From: an uncultured Bacteroidales bacterium
GTDB taxonomy: Bacteria; Bacteroidota; Bacteroidia; Bacteroidales; Bacteroidaceae
Assembly: GCA_902800925.1 (NCBI GenBank)
Contig: CADCGD010000005.1
Span: forward strand, 6,431-70,430
DNA: 64,000 nucleotides
Direction: 5' to 3'
Position 1 is the stretch's first letter; each line of letters starts with the position of its first letter. Made by a program: the position numbers and the translations under genes. This document shows, piece after piece, positions 9,588-19,940 of the stretch. Under the pieces are notes generated by a model. The model searched no databases and was not told the DNA's origin. It saw only the letters and a list, made by a program, of their open reading frames with translations.

Positions 9588-9973
9588 TGCTTTCACCTTC
9601 CACAACCCTTATGCAGAAAGGGATTGCGGCAATCTGACGTTTCACATTGGTTTCACAACGCCATCACACCTATATATCGGTACGAGTATGGCTGTCCCAC
9701 ATATGGGATAGACTGTCTCGTGTGTCGGAGAGTCTGTCTCAAGATAAAACGGTGAGCGCTTTTCCGCAAACGGTGAGCGCTTTTCAGCAAACGCTCACCG
9801 TTTTTGTGCACCTACAGCTGTCCCATGTTCAACAACAGCTGTCTCGTGAACGAGATACGGTGTGAAATGTCTGTGAAAGCAATGTGAAACGCCTGGAGCC
9901 CCCTTCCACCCGCAAAGCACACGCAAACCACTTATATACAAGCACTTTCAGAAATGCGTGAAAGGTGAAAGCA
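9588..9973. repeat. Nested inverted-repeat (MITE-like) element enclosing a second 21-bp phased array
   Basis: Outer IR 9588-9603 / 9958-9973 (15/16 match); inner IR 9638-9657 / 9872-9891 (19/20); ctgtc at 9692, 9713, 9734, 9818, 9839. Confidence 0.8.
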
Positions 9974-10024
9974 ATATTTTTGATTAGCATTTTTCGTTCC
10001 AGCCGTCAAATATAAGGAAACCAT

Positions 10025-10050
10025 CATCGATGCAAACGATTGCATCGATG
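10025..10050. promoter_or_regulatory. LacI-family-type operator upstream of amylase
   Basis: Near-perfect 26-bp palindrome catcgatgcaaacgattgcatcgatg with a central CG; promoter box tacctttg at 10100-10107. Confidence 0.7.
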
Positions 10051-10133
10051 TTTTAAAACTATTCAACTACGTTGGGAAACAATGTAGCGGTTTTCTTTGT
10101 ACCTTTGCAGCAGATAACCTAAAAACAAAAAAG

Positions 10134-11921
10134 ATGAAACAAATCAGCATCAAACTCCTGACGCTCCTAATGACCATGAGCTTAGCTCTTGGATTCACCG
10201 CGTGTGGTGACGACGATGAAACGCCTCCAAAGAATCCATCAGGTCAAAAAGATCCTGATCCCGATCCGGACCCAGATCCAGAGCCTACTACAAACATTGT
10301 AGGATGGCCCGCCAACTATGGTGGTGTCATGCTGCAAGCCTTCTATTGGGACGGCTTTGCCGATGCTCAGTGGAACACGCTGAAAGGACAGGTTGACAAC
10401 CTCGCTACTACATTCGACCTCGTATGGATTCCCCAAAGTGCCAACTGCGGTGGACAGTCGATGGGCTATGATGACCTGTACTGGTTCTCTAATTACAACA
10501 GCTCGTTCGGAACAGGCGATGAGCTGAAGTCCATGATTGCAACATTCAAGGCCAAAGGTATCGGAACGATTGCAGACATCGTTATCAACCATCGTAAGAA
10601 TGTCTCGAACTGGGTGGACTTCCCCAAGGAGACCTACAATGGTGTAACCTATGAGCTGAAGTCTACTGACATCTGCGCCAACGATGACAAAGGTGCTACC
10701 AAGCAGTGGGCAACCCAGAACGGCTACTCACTCTCGGCCAACAATGATACTGGCGAGGGATGGGACGGAATGCGCGACCTAGACCATAAGAGCGAGAATG
10801 TGCAGAACAATGTCAAGGCTTACCTGAAGATGTTACTCAAGGACTTTGGCTATGCAGGTTTCCGCTACGACATGGTAAAAGGATATAGCGGTCAGTACAC
10901 CAAAATGTACAACAACGATGCCAAGCCACAGTTCTCTGTCGGCGAGTGCTGGGACGGCACCAACACCATTAAGAACTGGATTGAAGCTACCGAAAAGACC
11001 AGTGCCGCCTTCGACTTCCAATTCCGTTATACAGTACGCAACGCTGCCAACAATGGTGACTGGCGCCGTCTTGCGCAGCAGAACGATGGAAACTGGCCAC
11101 TGGTAAGTTCCAAATACAGCAACGGAAGCTATCGCCAGTATGCTGTGACCTTCGTAGAGAACCACGATACCGAATACCGTTCGGCAACAGCTCAGCAGGA
11201 CCCGCTGAAGAAGGATACGCTGGCTGCCAATGCCTACCTGTTGGCCATGCCGGGCACCCCATGTGTATTCCTGAAGCACTGGCAGACCTACCCCAAGCAG
11301 ATTGCCAACATGGCAGCTGTCCGCAAGGCTGTAGGCATTACCAACATAAGTACATACACCGAGGTGGTCTCCAATCAGGGCTATTATGCCGTACAGGTCG
11401 ATGGTAGCGCTTCGAAGAAGCTGTTGTGTGTCGTAGGCACCAAGGCTGCAGACTATACGCCCGACGCTGCATGGAAGAAGGTCATCAGTGGCTACCACTA
11501 CGCCTACTACGTACAAGGCATCGAGCCTAGCGCCATCACGCTTCCTGATATAGAGGAGACCCAACAGCCGCAGGATGGTGCCTACGCAGGTGTACCTTCG
11601 TTCTGCACGGTCAATGCCGGTGAAATCTGCGCCTTCTTCGAGGCTCCGACATCATGGGGTAGCCAGATTTTCACCTGGGCATGGATAAATAGTGATGGTG
11701 GTGGTGAGGCATATTTAGGAACCAACTGGCCTGGCGTATCTGCTACCCTGCTGGATACGGCAGACAATGGGAACAAGGTTTTCAAGTGGGTATCTACTAA
11801 TCCCACCGCTCCTAAGTACATCATCTTCAGCGGAGGTGGTAACCAGACAAGCGACCTGACGTTCGAAAATGGCGGCTACTACACTAAAGACGGTAAACAA
11901 GCTGTAGTCGGCGCCAAATAA
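10134..11921 (+). CDS. GH13 alpha-amylase lipoprotein with C-terminal starch-binding-like module
   Basis: Lipobox FTAC; DP linker; GH13 regions DIVINH, GFRYDMVKG, VGE, FVENHD; Trp-rich C-terminal domain. Confidence 0.92.
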   Translation: MKQISIKLLTLLMTMSLALGFTACGDDDETPPKNPSGQKDPDPDPDPDPEPTTNIVGWPANYGGVMLQAFYWDGFADAQWNTLKGQVDNLATTFDLVWIPQSANCGGQSMGYDDLYWFSNYNSSFGTGDELKSMIATFKAKGIGTIADIVINHRKNVSNWVDFPKETYNGVTYELKSTDICANDDKGATKQWATQNGYSLSANNDTGEGWDGMRDLDHKSENVQNNVKAYLKMLLKDFGYAGFRYDMVKGYSGQYTKMYNNDAKPQFSVGECWDGTNTIKNWIEATEKTSAAFDFQFRYTVRNAANNGDWRRLAQQNDGNWPLVSSKYSNGSYRQYAVTFVENHDTEYRSATAQQDPLKKDTLAANAYLLAMPGTPCVFLKHWQTYPKQIANMAAVRKAVGITNISTYTEVVSNQGYYAVQVDGSASKKLLCVVGTKAADYTPDAAWKKVISGYHYAYYVQGIEPSAITLPDIEETQQPQDGAYAGVPSFCTVNAGEICAFFEAPTSWGSQIFTWAWINSDGGGEAYLGTNWPGVSATLLDTADNGNKVFKWVSTNPTAPKYIIFSGGGNQTSDLTFENGGYYTKDGKQAVVGAK

Positions 11922-11999
11922 AAAAAACGACAGTCAACCGTCGTTATTTGACAGAAAATGCTTATCTTTGCATGCTGAATGGAAAGATAAGCATTTTTT

Positions 12000-13223
12000 A
12001 TGGATATTACTGAGAGATTCCTCAACTATACCAAGTTTGATACACAGTCGGCTGAGGACGGCCAGACGGTACCAAGCACTAGTAAACAACTGCTGTTTGC
12101 AGAATACCTGAAGAAAGAACTGGAACATGAGGGGCTCGACGATGTGGAACTCGACGAGAAAGGCTACCTCTATGCCACCCTTAAGGCCAATACCAAGGGG
12201 GATATTCCCACCATTGGTTTCATCTCGCACTATGACACCAGTCCCGACTGTTCCGGAGCCGACATCAAACCACAAATCGTCAAGAACTATAATGGTGCCG
12301 ACATCCTCCTCAGCGAGGGTATTACGATGTCACCCAAGAAGTTTCCCGAACTGTTGCAGCACGTGGGTGAAGACCTTATTGTCACCGATGGCACTACCCT
12401 GTTGGGGGCCGACGATAAGGCCGGCATTGCTGAGATCGTAGAGGCTATGGTCTATCTGCAGCAACACAAAGAGATCAAGCACGGCAAGATACGCATCGCC
12501 TTCAATCCCGACGAGGAGATAGGCATGGGTGCCCACCACTTCGATGTAGAGAAATTCGGTTGCCAGTGGGCCTACACCATGGATGGCGGTGATGTTGGTG
12601 AGTTGGAATTCGAGAACTTCAACGCAGCCTCAGCGAAGATTACCATCAAGGGCGTCAGCGTACATCCCGGCTATGCTAAGGACAAGATGATCAATGCCAA
12701 CCGTGTGGCGATGGAGTTTGCCAATATGCTGCCTGCTGACGAGACACCAGAGAAGACCGAGGGTTACCAAGGCTTCTACCACCTGCTGAACATCACGTCG
12801 GGTGTCGAACAGGCCCGTCTGAGCTATATCATCCGCGACCACGACCGCGACAGGTTTGAAGACCGCAAGCGCTTCATCCAGCGCTGTGCCGAACAGCTGA
12901 ACGAACGCTATGGCGAAGGGACAGTAGAGTGTGTGGTCAGCGACCAGTACTATAACATGAAGGAGAAGATCGACCCACAGATGCATGTCATCGACCTCGT
13001 GCTGAAAGCCATGCAGGAGTGCGGCATCGCCCCCAAGGTGAAGCCCATCCGTGGCGGCACCGACGGTGCGCAGCTGTCGTTCAAGGGTCTCCCCTGCCCC
13101 AACATCTTTGCCGGTGGCATCAACTTCCACGGTCCATACGAGTTCGTGCCCATCCAGTCCATGGAGAAAGCCATGCAGCTGATTGTCAAAATCTGCGAAC
13201 TCACAGCAAGTTTTAACGATTAA
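12000..13223 (+). CDS. pepT: Peptidase T (tripeptide aminopeptidase)
   Basis: [42 protein letters not shown]. Confidence 0.97.
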   Translation: MDITERFLNYTKFDTQSAEDGQTVPSTSKQLLFAEYLKKELEHEGLDDVELDEKGYLYATLKANTKGDIPTIGFISHYDTSPDCSGADIKPQIVKNYNGADILLSEGITMSPKKFPELLQHVGEDLIVTDGTTLLGADDKAGIAEIVEAMVYLQQHKEIKHGKIRIAFNPDEEIGMGAHHFDVEKFGCQWAYTMDGGDVGELEFENFNAASAKITIKGVSVHPGYAKDKMINANRVAMEFANMLPADETPEKTEGYQGFYHLLNITSGVEQARLSYIIRDHDRDRFEDRKRFIQRCAEQLNERYGEGTVECVVSDQYYNMKEKIDPQMHVIDLVLKAMQECGIAPKVKPIRGGTDGAQLSFKGLPCPNIFAGGINFHGPYEFVPIQSMEKAMQLIVKICELTASFND

Positions 13224-13227
13224 TTCG

Positions 13228-13262
13228 TCATTCGCCATTTATCATTTGTCATTTATCATTTA
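13228..13262. repeat. Heptamer tandem repeat (tcattta-like x5)
   Basis: tcattcg ccattta tcatttg tcattta tcattta between pepT and the antiporter gene. Confidence 0.8.
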
Positions 13263-13272
13263 GCGTAGCGTA

Positions 13273-15531
13273 ATGTCCGAACTACCCACCATGATACAAG
13301 ACCTGGCACTGATGCTTATCGTGGCAGGCATCGTGACCCTTATCTTCAAGCGCTTGAAACAGCCCTTGGTTTTGGGTTATATCGTCGCCGGTTTCCTGGT
13401 GTCGCCCCACATGCCCTATACCGCTTCTGTGGCCGACAGGGAGAACGTCCAACTATGGGCCGACATCGGTGTCATGTTCCTGCTGTTCTCGCTGGGTCTC
13501 GACTTCTCGTTCAAGAAGATTCTGAAGATGGGTGCCTCGCCGTTTATCTCGACGTTAGTCATCATCTTCTCCATGTCGATGCTGGGTGTCTGTGTAGGAC
13601 ACGCCTTCGGTTGGTCAAGGATGGACTGCATCTTCCTGGGCGGTATGCTGGCCATGAGTTCCACCACTATTATTTATAAGGCCTTCGACGACCTGGGACT
13701 GCGACAGCAACAGTTTGCCGGACTGGTCATGTCGGTACTGATATTGGAAGACATCCTGGCCATCGTCATGATGGTGATGCTGAGTGCCATTGCCAGCGGC
13801 AATAATCCTGATGGTGGACAGATGCTGGGGTCCATTGTGAAGATAGGTTTCTTCCTGATATTGTGGCTTATCGTAGGCATCTTTGCCATCCCGCTGTTCC
13901 TGCGTCGGGTGCGTCAATTCATCAACAACGAAGTACTACTCGTCGTGTCGTTAGGACTCTGCTGTGCCATGGCCGTATTCTCTACAAAGGTCGGTTTCTC
14001 GTCAGCCTTCGGTGCTTTCATCATGGGTAGCATCCTGGCAGAGACTATTGAGGCCGAGAAAATAGAGAAGTTGGTGGAACCTGTCAAAAACCTATTTGGT
14101 GCCATCTTCTTCGTATCCGTCGGTATGCTGGTAGACCCGCAGATACTCATCAGCTATGCATGGCCTATCATCACACTGGTGCTGACCATCCTCATCGGAC
14201 AGGCCGTATTCGGTTCGTTCTCCTTTATGCTGGCCGGCGAGAGTCTGAAGTCGGCCATGCGCTGTGGATTCTCCATGGCACAGATTGGTGAGTTCTCGTT
14301 TATCATTGCATCGCTGGGTCTGTCGCTGGGCGTCATCAGTGACTTCCTCTATCCGGTAGTGGTGGCCGTATCTGTCATCACCACCTTCCTCACGCCTTAC
14401 ATGATACGACTGGCAACACCTGCATACAGTGCCTTGGAGCACCGCTTGCCGACACGTCTGATTACCACACTCAACCAATTATCCATGAGTCATCCCAACA
14501 GTCAGGAGCAAAGCGCCTGGAAGCGACTGTTGAAACAGATGGCCGTGAATACCGTGGTATACAGCATCCTGTCGTCTGCCTCCATTGCTGTGATGTTCAC
14601 CTTCGTATTGCCCTTCATGCAAAAGTTGTTGCCAGGATGGACACTCCACTGGTATGCCAACGCTATCACGGGTGTACTGACGGTGCTGTTCATAGCCCCT
14701 TTCCTGCGTGCCATGGTGATGAAGAAGAACCGCTCTGAAGAGTGGAAGAAACTGTGGGCCGAGAGCAACCGCAACCACCTGCCCCTACTCTTCACCATCC
14801 TGGTGAGGGTACTGGTAGCGCTCAGTTTCATCTTCTACATCTGTCATTATCTCAGTCAGTTCAACAATGCCATCGTCATCACGCTGGGCATCGTCATCGT
14901 AGCACTCATCGTCTTTTCGCGTTGGGTAAAGCGTCGCAGCATCGTGCTGGAGCGCCTGTTCGTGAACAATCTGCGTTCACGCGACATCGAGGCGCAGGTA
15001 CATGGCAAGAAACGCCCACTCTATGAAGGAAAACTGCTCGACCGCGATATCCATATCGCTGAGTTCGACGTGCCCACCAACTCGCTATGGATGGGCAGAA
15101 CCCTGAAGGAATTGAACCTGGGTAAGAAGTATGGCGTCCACGTCAGCAGCATCCTACGCGGTGGCTTACGCATGAATATTCCCGATGGCGACTACACCAT
15201 CTTCCCTTGCGACCGTCTGCAGGTCATTGGCAGTGACGAACAGATGGCTAAGTTCTCACAGGCACTGGAAACAGACGTCATTCAGGAAGACCTGAATTTG
15301 GAGAACCGCGAGATGAAACTACATCAGCTCATCATCTCTGCCGACAGTCCGTTTGTGGGCAAGACCATGGCAGAGAGTGGCATCCGCAGCATCTACGGTT
15401 GCATGGTGGTGGGTATTGAGGAAGGTAAGGAGAATCTCACGCCCGTACATCCTACTCGTCGTTTCGCAGAAGGCGACATCATCTGGGTGGTAGGTGAACA
15501 AGCATCCATCAACGATCTTCTCAACTCTTAA
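13273..15531 (+). CDS. CPA2-family cation:proton antiporter with C-terminal TrkA-C domains
   Basis: Many TM segments; LFSLGLDFS, AMSSTTII, LILEDI, FFVSVG, AQIGEFSFII; two TrkA-C-like repeats. Confidence 0.92.
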   Translation: MSELPTMIQDLALMLIVAGIVTLIFKRLKQPLVLGYIVAGFLVSPHMPYTASVADRENVQLWADIGVMFLLFSLGLDFSFKKILKMGASPFISTLVIIFSMSMLGVCVGHAFGWSRMDCIFLGGMLAMSSTTIIYKAFDDLGLRQQQFAGLVMSVLILEDILAIVMMVMLSAIASGNNPDGGQMLGSIVKIGFFLILWLIVGIFAIPLFLRRVRQFINNEVLLVVSLGLCCAMAVFSTKVGFSSAFGAFIMGSILAETIEAEKIEKLVEPVKNLFGAIFFVSVGMLVDPQILISYAWPIITLVLTILIGQAVFGSFSFMLAGESLKSAMRCGFSMAQIGEFSFIIASLGLSLGVISDFLYPVVVAVSVITTFLTPYMIRLATPAYSALEHRLPTRLITTLNQLSMSHPNSQEQSAWKRLLKQMAVNTVVYSILSSASIAVMFTFVLPFMQKLLPGWTLHWYANAITGVLTVLFIAPFLRAMVMKKNRSEEWKKLWAESNRNHLPLLFTILVRVLVALSFIFYICHYLSQFNNAIVITLGIVIVALIVFSRWVKRRSIVLERLFVNNLRSRDIEAQVHGKKRPLYEGKLLDRDIHIAEFDVPTNSLWMGRTLKELNLGKKYGVHVSSILRGGLRMNIPDGDYTIFPCDRLQVIGSDEQMAKFSQALETDVIQEDLNLENREMKLHQLIISADSPFVGKTMAESGIRSIYGCMVVGIEEGKENLTPVHPTRRFAEGDIIWVVGEQASINDLLNS

Positions 15532-18416
15532 TACCACTGCACAGCATTAGAGTAGCTGGAGCGCTTGTCGTACTTCAGCGCGTCAGTCAGCGTGGCGGCA
15601 TTACAACGGAACGAGAAGTTATAGCTGGTATAAGGTGTCAGCACCACCTGACACGACATATTGAAACAGTGCAAGTCGCGCGACAGTGATGCCGTCGTCA
15701 TGGAGAGTTTCTGTTGGTCGAAGTCGTAACCACTGGAGAACGAGATATTCCAACCATCCGACAGACGGATGTTACCACTGAAGTTCAGGTTCTGCGTGAA
15801 CTTATACGGATAGCGCATGCGGTTGTAATTGAACTTGCCAGCGGTATTCTCACGCATGGTGATACCATAGCCAAAACTGATAGACCACGGCATCGAGAAC
15901 TTCATATAACCATCCTCATCGGTCTCGGCCATACCGGCATTTTCCTTACGGGCACCATGCTTACCAGCCTCCAGCGTGTTGTCGAGGTTGCTATCAAGAC
16001 CCGTATCGTACTCGTCATCGTCGTCGCCCTTATTGTTTTTGCCCTTGTTCTTGTCTTTGTCCGACACCTTCTCGCCACGCAGCCACTTGAAGAACTTAGC
16101 CACCTTCTCATTGCTCAGCGTGTACGACAGGTTCTGCGACATGCCCTGGAAACGACCAAAGCGACCGTAGCTATACTCCGTGCGGTTACCGATATAAGGA
16201 CGGGCACCCACAGAGTCTGCCTCGTAGGCATAAGTGGCAAAGGTGGCATTGAGGTTAAATGTATAGCTCTTCGTCAGTTTCAGACGCAGACGGGTATTCA
16301 GGTCACTCCATGGACGCGTCTCTGCAGCGAAGTTATATGACATCGACGCACCCAACTCATCAATAAGGCTAATCTTCTTAAAGCCTGTCGAGTCATCGTC
16401 ACTCCTAATCTTCATCTCGATATTGTTCGAAATATCCATCGAGATACTACCCGTCTTGCCTTTGCCTGGAGCGCCATAGACCGCTCCCTGATACTGGCTA
16501 TACTCCACCATCGTCACATTGCCGTTGGCATCGGTCTTCTGGTAAGTATCCCAGATACCATAACGTTTGGCGCTGAAGTCGGGTGAGTAGTTGAAACTGA
16601 TACTAGGTGTGAAGACGTGGCGAATACGGTCAATCTTGTCACCAAACAGTTTACGATTCGGGATAAAGAAGCCATACACCTTGGTAGACAGTCCCAGCGA
16701 CATGTTCCAGTTGTAGATATTGTGGAAACCTTGTATCGTGTCGACAACCTCCTTCTGGTTCTTCTCATCCCATGAGCGCTTGTACTTCTGCAGATACATA
16801 CGGTCGGTGAAGTTGAACGTAGGACTCACGTTGAGGAAGTTAAACAGCGTAAAGCTCGCGCTGATAGGAATGACGTGCTGCATACCATTGCGCCAGTCCT
16901 TCGAGAAACTGGAATGCATCAGTTTGTCTTCTTTGGTATGTATCTCATTTTTGAACTGTCCCGTATATCGCACCGATATCTTCTCATACCAGCGCTCCTT
17001 ACCAACACCATTCTTACGCTTGAACGGATAAAAGTTGGCCACCGATATATTCAGGTCGGGCATGGTCAGGTCGATGATAGAGTCACGCATGTTCTGGTTC
17101 AGGTTGAACGAACTGGTAAGACTCATGCCCAGACTAGAGAATTTTGTGCTCAATGCCACAGAGCTGGTACGCGTCGACTGCGTCAGCGACTGTGGATTAT
17201 ACATCGATGTCAGGTTGTTGCGCTCATAGCTGCTCGTGGCATAGTTCACGCTGGCACGCAGCGACCTGTAAGGATTCGCCTTCTGATCCTGAGAATGCTG
17301 CCACAACACCTTGAAACTGGTGTTTTTGGTATAGTCGGGCATGTTCTTGTCACCACTCACCGTGTTCTGGTAGCTCACCAGCATCGAACCGTTATAGCGA
17401 TAACGCCTTCTGTAGTTCGACGTAGCGGTAACGCCCCACGAGCCTTTGGTATAAATCTCACCGATGAGCTTCAAGTCCATCTTGTCATTGATGGCAAAAT
17501 AGTAACCACCATCACGCAGATAGAAGCCACGAGAGGTCTCGTCGCCATACGTCGGCATGATGAAGCCCGACGAATAGCTCTTCGTAAAGGGGAAGAATCC
17601 GTATGGGACAGCGAAAGGCAACGGAACATCACAAACCACCAAGTAGGTAGGACCAAACACGACGTCCTTGCCTGGGCGCACCTTGGCACGCGACATAGCG
17701 AAATAGAAGTCAGGATGCGGCTGGTCGCAGGTGGTATAGCGTCCGTGGTAGAGGAACATGTCACCCTTGCCGTCGCGCTTCGACAACTCAGAGGTCATGA
17801 AGCCATCCTCCTGTTCGGTATAGGCATTGCTGATAAGTCCTTTCTTCGTCTTGAAGTTAAAGGCCATCGTGTCCGTCTCATAGGTGTCAGAGCCCATCTT
17901 GAACACTGGCGTACCAAACTTATGCCCCGTCGTGTCCACCGAACCCGTGGCATGTACCAGACTGGAGTCGAGCGACATGTATATCTGGTCACTCTCCAAG
18001 TCCATGTCCTGATATTTCACGTGCGAATTACCATAGAGGTGAGCAATCCCCGTAGCGCCCTCATAGGTCATCGAGTCCTCCGCCGTATACGAAACGGGGG
18101 CATCAATGCCATTCTTGCGCTGACGATTGGCAGAGTCGGCAGCCAGCGAGTCATCAATGGCCTTGTTTCGCTTCCAGATAAGGAGCTGCAGGGAGTCCAT
18201 CGAGGCGGTGTCGGGGATGCTTTTGTCGACAGCCAAACTGTCGACCACACTGCTGTCCGCCACACTTCTGGGCGCCACAGTGCTGTCTACCACAACGCTA
18301 TCTACTGTAACGCTATCTGCCCCAGCAGCACTTTGTGTAAAGCGCAACCGAGGTACTTCCGCCACCACAAAAACGATGACGAAAAGCAGCAGAAATATGA
18401 GCGTTTTTCTTCTCAC
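15528..18416 (-). CDS. Putative LPS-assembly protein LptD (Bacteroidota type)
   Basis: Signal peptide; YTTCD..PHPDFYF, SGFIMPTYG, GGYYF and RDLHC motifs; beta-barrel composition; promoter box (caaaggta on + strand) just upstream. Confidence 0.8.
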   Translation of the reverse strand: MRRKTLIFLLLFVIVFVVAEVPRLRFTQSAAGADSVTVDSVVVDSTVAPRSVADSSVVDSLAVDKSIPDTASMDSLQLLIWKRNKAIDDSLAADSANRQRKNGIDAPVSYTAEDSMTYEGATGIAHLYGNSHVKYQDMDLESDQIYMSLDSSLVHATGSVDTTGHKFGTPVFKMGSDTYETDTMAFNFKTKKGLISNAYTEQEDGFMTSELSKRDGKGDMFLYHGRYTTCDQPHPDFYFAMSRAKVRPGKDVVFGPTYLVVCDVPLPFAVPYGFFPFTKSYSSGFIMPTYGDETSRGFYLRDGGYYFAINDKMDLKLIGEIYTKGSWGVTATSNYRRRYRYNGSMLVSYQNTVSGDKNMPDYTKNTSFKVLWQHSQDQKANPYRSLRASVNYATSSYERNNLTSMYNPQSLTQSTRTSSVALSTKFSSLGMSLTSSFNLNQNMRDSIIDLTMPDLNISVANFYPFKRKNGVGKERWYEKISVRYTGQFKNEIHTKEDKLMHSSFSKDWRNGMQHVIPISASFTLFNFLNVSPTFNFTDRMYLQKYKRSWDEKNQKEVVDTIQGFHNIYNWNMSLGLSTKVYGFFIPNRKLFGDKIDRIRHVFTPSISFNYSPDFSAKRYGIWDTYQKTDANGNVTMVEYSQYQGAVYGAPGKGKTGSISMDISNNIEMKIRSDDDSTGFKKISLIDELGASMSYNFAAETRPWSDLNTRLRLKLTKSYTFNLNATFATYAYEADSVGARPYIGNRTEYSYGRFGRFQGMSQNLSYTLSNEKVAKFFKWLRGEKVSDKDKNKGKNNKGDDDDEYDTGLDSNLDNTLEAGKHGARKENAGMAETDEDGYMKFSMPWSISFGYGITMRENTAGKFNYNRMRYPYKFTQNLNFSGNIRLSDGWNISFSSGYDFDQQKLSMTTASLSRDLHCFNMSCQVVLTPYTSYNFSFRCNAATLTDALKYDKRSSYSNAVQWY

Positions 18417-18566
18417 GGCTGCAAAGGTACAACTTTTTGAGCAGTTACAGAATAAATAAGGACAGAATTTATGGGAAATTGTGGGAAATTAACCCTTCAA
18501 GCCATAAACACATAGAACAAATGAGGTTCACTTCAAAATAGGCACATCCTCATTTATTAATATCTG

Positions 18567-19061
18567 TCACTCAAACTTTCTGGACCATTCAAGGAATTTG
18601 TCGACACCGGCACGGCCGAACTTCTCCAAGGACTGGGCCGTCTCCAGTACCGTGCGAACATGGTCGGGATTGGACTTGGAATAGAACTTATCGGCATAGC
18701 AGATGATCTGCTCCTCCAGCGTCTCAGGTTCGAAGCCTGGCAGACCAGTACCCGTATGGCGCTCGGCAACACGAGCATGACGGGGGAAGCCCTCCAGACG
18801 CAACAAGTCGCCGCCTATCTGACCATGACGGATATAAGGCTCCGTGCCATGACAGAGAATGGACGGGGCGTCGCATTGATAGATGCCGATGTCGTGCAAC
18901 ATGGCCGCCTCTTCGAGGAACTGCACGTCGACTGGCAGCTCCACATGTTTCTTGACAATCTGCAGACAGCGGTCAGCCACCTGACGGCTGTGTTTCAGCA
19001 ACAGACGACGCAGGTCATCGTCGTCAGGATAGTATTTATTGATGATAGATAAGTAGTCCAT
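18567..19061 (-). CDS. HD-domain phosphohydrolase
   Basis: HS..VA, MLHDIG, RHG, ERHTG, YADKF motifs. Confidence 0.9.
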   Translation of the reverse strand: MDYLSIINKYYPDDDDLRRLLLKHSRQVADRCLQIVKKHVELPVDVQFLEEAAMLHDIGIYQCDAPSILCHGTEPYIRHGQIGGDLLRLEGFPRHARVAERHTGTGLPGFEPETLEEQIICYADKFYSKSNPDHVRTVLETAQSLEKFGRAGVDKFLEWSRKFE

Positions 19062-19089
19062 TTTCGCTCTTTTTCAAAGTATTTGATGG

Positions 19090-19149
19090 CAAAGGTAGAA
19101 AATAATTACGAATTACGAATTACGAATTACGATTTTTTTTGTACTTTTG
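19090..19149. promoter_or_regulatory. Divergent promoter pair with (AATTACG)x4
   Basis: caaaggta 19090-19097, repeats 19104-19131, tacttttg 19142-19149. Confidence 0.75.
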
Positions 19150-19170
19150 CAAAAGAAATACTGTTTTACG

Positions 19171-19917
19171 ATGAAAAGAAGAAGCCTCCTCCCTATCCTA
19201 CTATGCCTGCTGTCGCTGCAGCTTTCTGCCCAGCAGAACGTCGGCAACGATGCTAAGGACACGAAGTTGGAAACACCCGCATTCCTCTCCGAAGAGGAGT
19301 TGCCTAACCCCTTGCTCTTCATTCCAGCACCACCAGAGCCAGGCAGTGGTCCCTTCGACAACGACACCTATTATTATCACTTTGGAAAGAAGGAACGCCA
19401 GACAGTCCGTGGAGAAAAGGCGGCCATTGACGAGGTGCAATGGACCTCGAAAGCGTTCAGTGAGGCTGCAGGTATCCAGATAGGCCCTGAGGAGACACCA
19501 GAGATTTTTAAACTGGCTGAGGGCGCACAGAAGGATGCCAATGCCACCAACAGAAGGGCCAAGAACCACTACCGCCGGACGCGTCCGTTCGTCTATTTCA
19601 ACGAGCCCTCGCTATTACCTGAATACGACGAGGAAGTGAAGGAATCCTTCAGCTACCCCTCCGGCCATAGCGTGCGAGGGTGGACCTATGCCCTCACACT
19701 GGCGCTGGTGGTCCCCGACTCTACCGAGGCGCTGATAGCCCGTGCTCAGGAGTATGCCATCCATCGCGTCATCTGCGGACGCCACTACAAGAGCGACATT
19801 GATGCCTCGCTAGTGGAAGCTACCGCCGTCATGAGCAAGCTGCTCTCGAATGAGGACTTCCTGGAACAACTGGAAAAGGCCCGCAAGGAGTATGCGAGCC
19901 TTCGTCGGGAGAAGTAA
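19171..19917 (+). CDS. Class A non-specific acid phosphatase (PAP2 / PhoN-PhoC-like)
   Basis: Signal peptide; K..Y.RTRP, SYPSGHS, HRVICGRHYKSDI. ATG 19171 lies downstream of the promoter. Confidence 0.92.
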   Translation: MKRRSLLPILLCLLSLQLSAQQNVGNDAKDTKLETPAFLSEEELPNPLLFIPAPPEPGSGPFDNDTYYYHFGKKERQTVRGEKAAIDEVQWTSKAFSEAAGIQIGPEETPEIFKLAEGAQKDANATNRRAKNHYRRTRPFVYFNEPSLLPEYDEEVKESFSYPSGHSVRGWTYALTLALVVPDSTEALIARAQEYAIHRVICGRHYKSDIDASLVEATAVMSKLLSNEDFLEQLEKARKEYASLRREK

Positions 19918-19940
19918 TGTTTTTTATTTGTATCGTTGAT

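Noticed and set aside
9269-9860. CRISPR array
   Set aside because: Units abut at ~21 bp with no unique spacers, the repeats are degenerate, and there are no cas genes in the window.
9145-9865. Short ORFs on both strands of the repeat region
   Set aside because: Overlapping ORFs in several frames arise from the 21-bp stop-poor repeats; no recognisable domain or promoter.
10251-10286. DP/DNP low-complexity repeats (also 29430-29480)
   Set aside because: Ordinary Pro/Asp linkers of surface lipoproteins.
15528-15531. Overlapping stop codons of the convergent antiporter and LptD-like genes
   Set aside because: Common compact arrangement; no further signal.
16875-18440. 521-aa ORF on the + strand
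   Set aside because: Antisense shadow of the LptD-like gene caused by codon bias; no motifs. The same applies to 2390-3349, 10833-11564, 35245-35943 and 63218-63895.
18519-18555. aaatgagg...cctcattt hairpin after the HD gene
   Set aside because: Single short imperfect hairpin; probably a terminator or REP remnant, with too little evidence to call.
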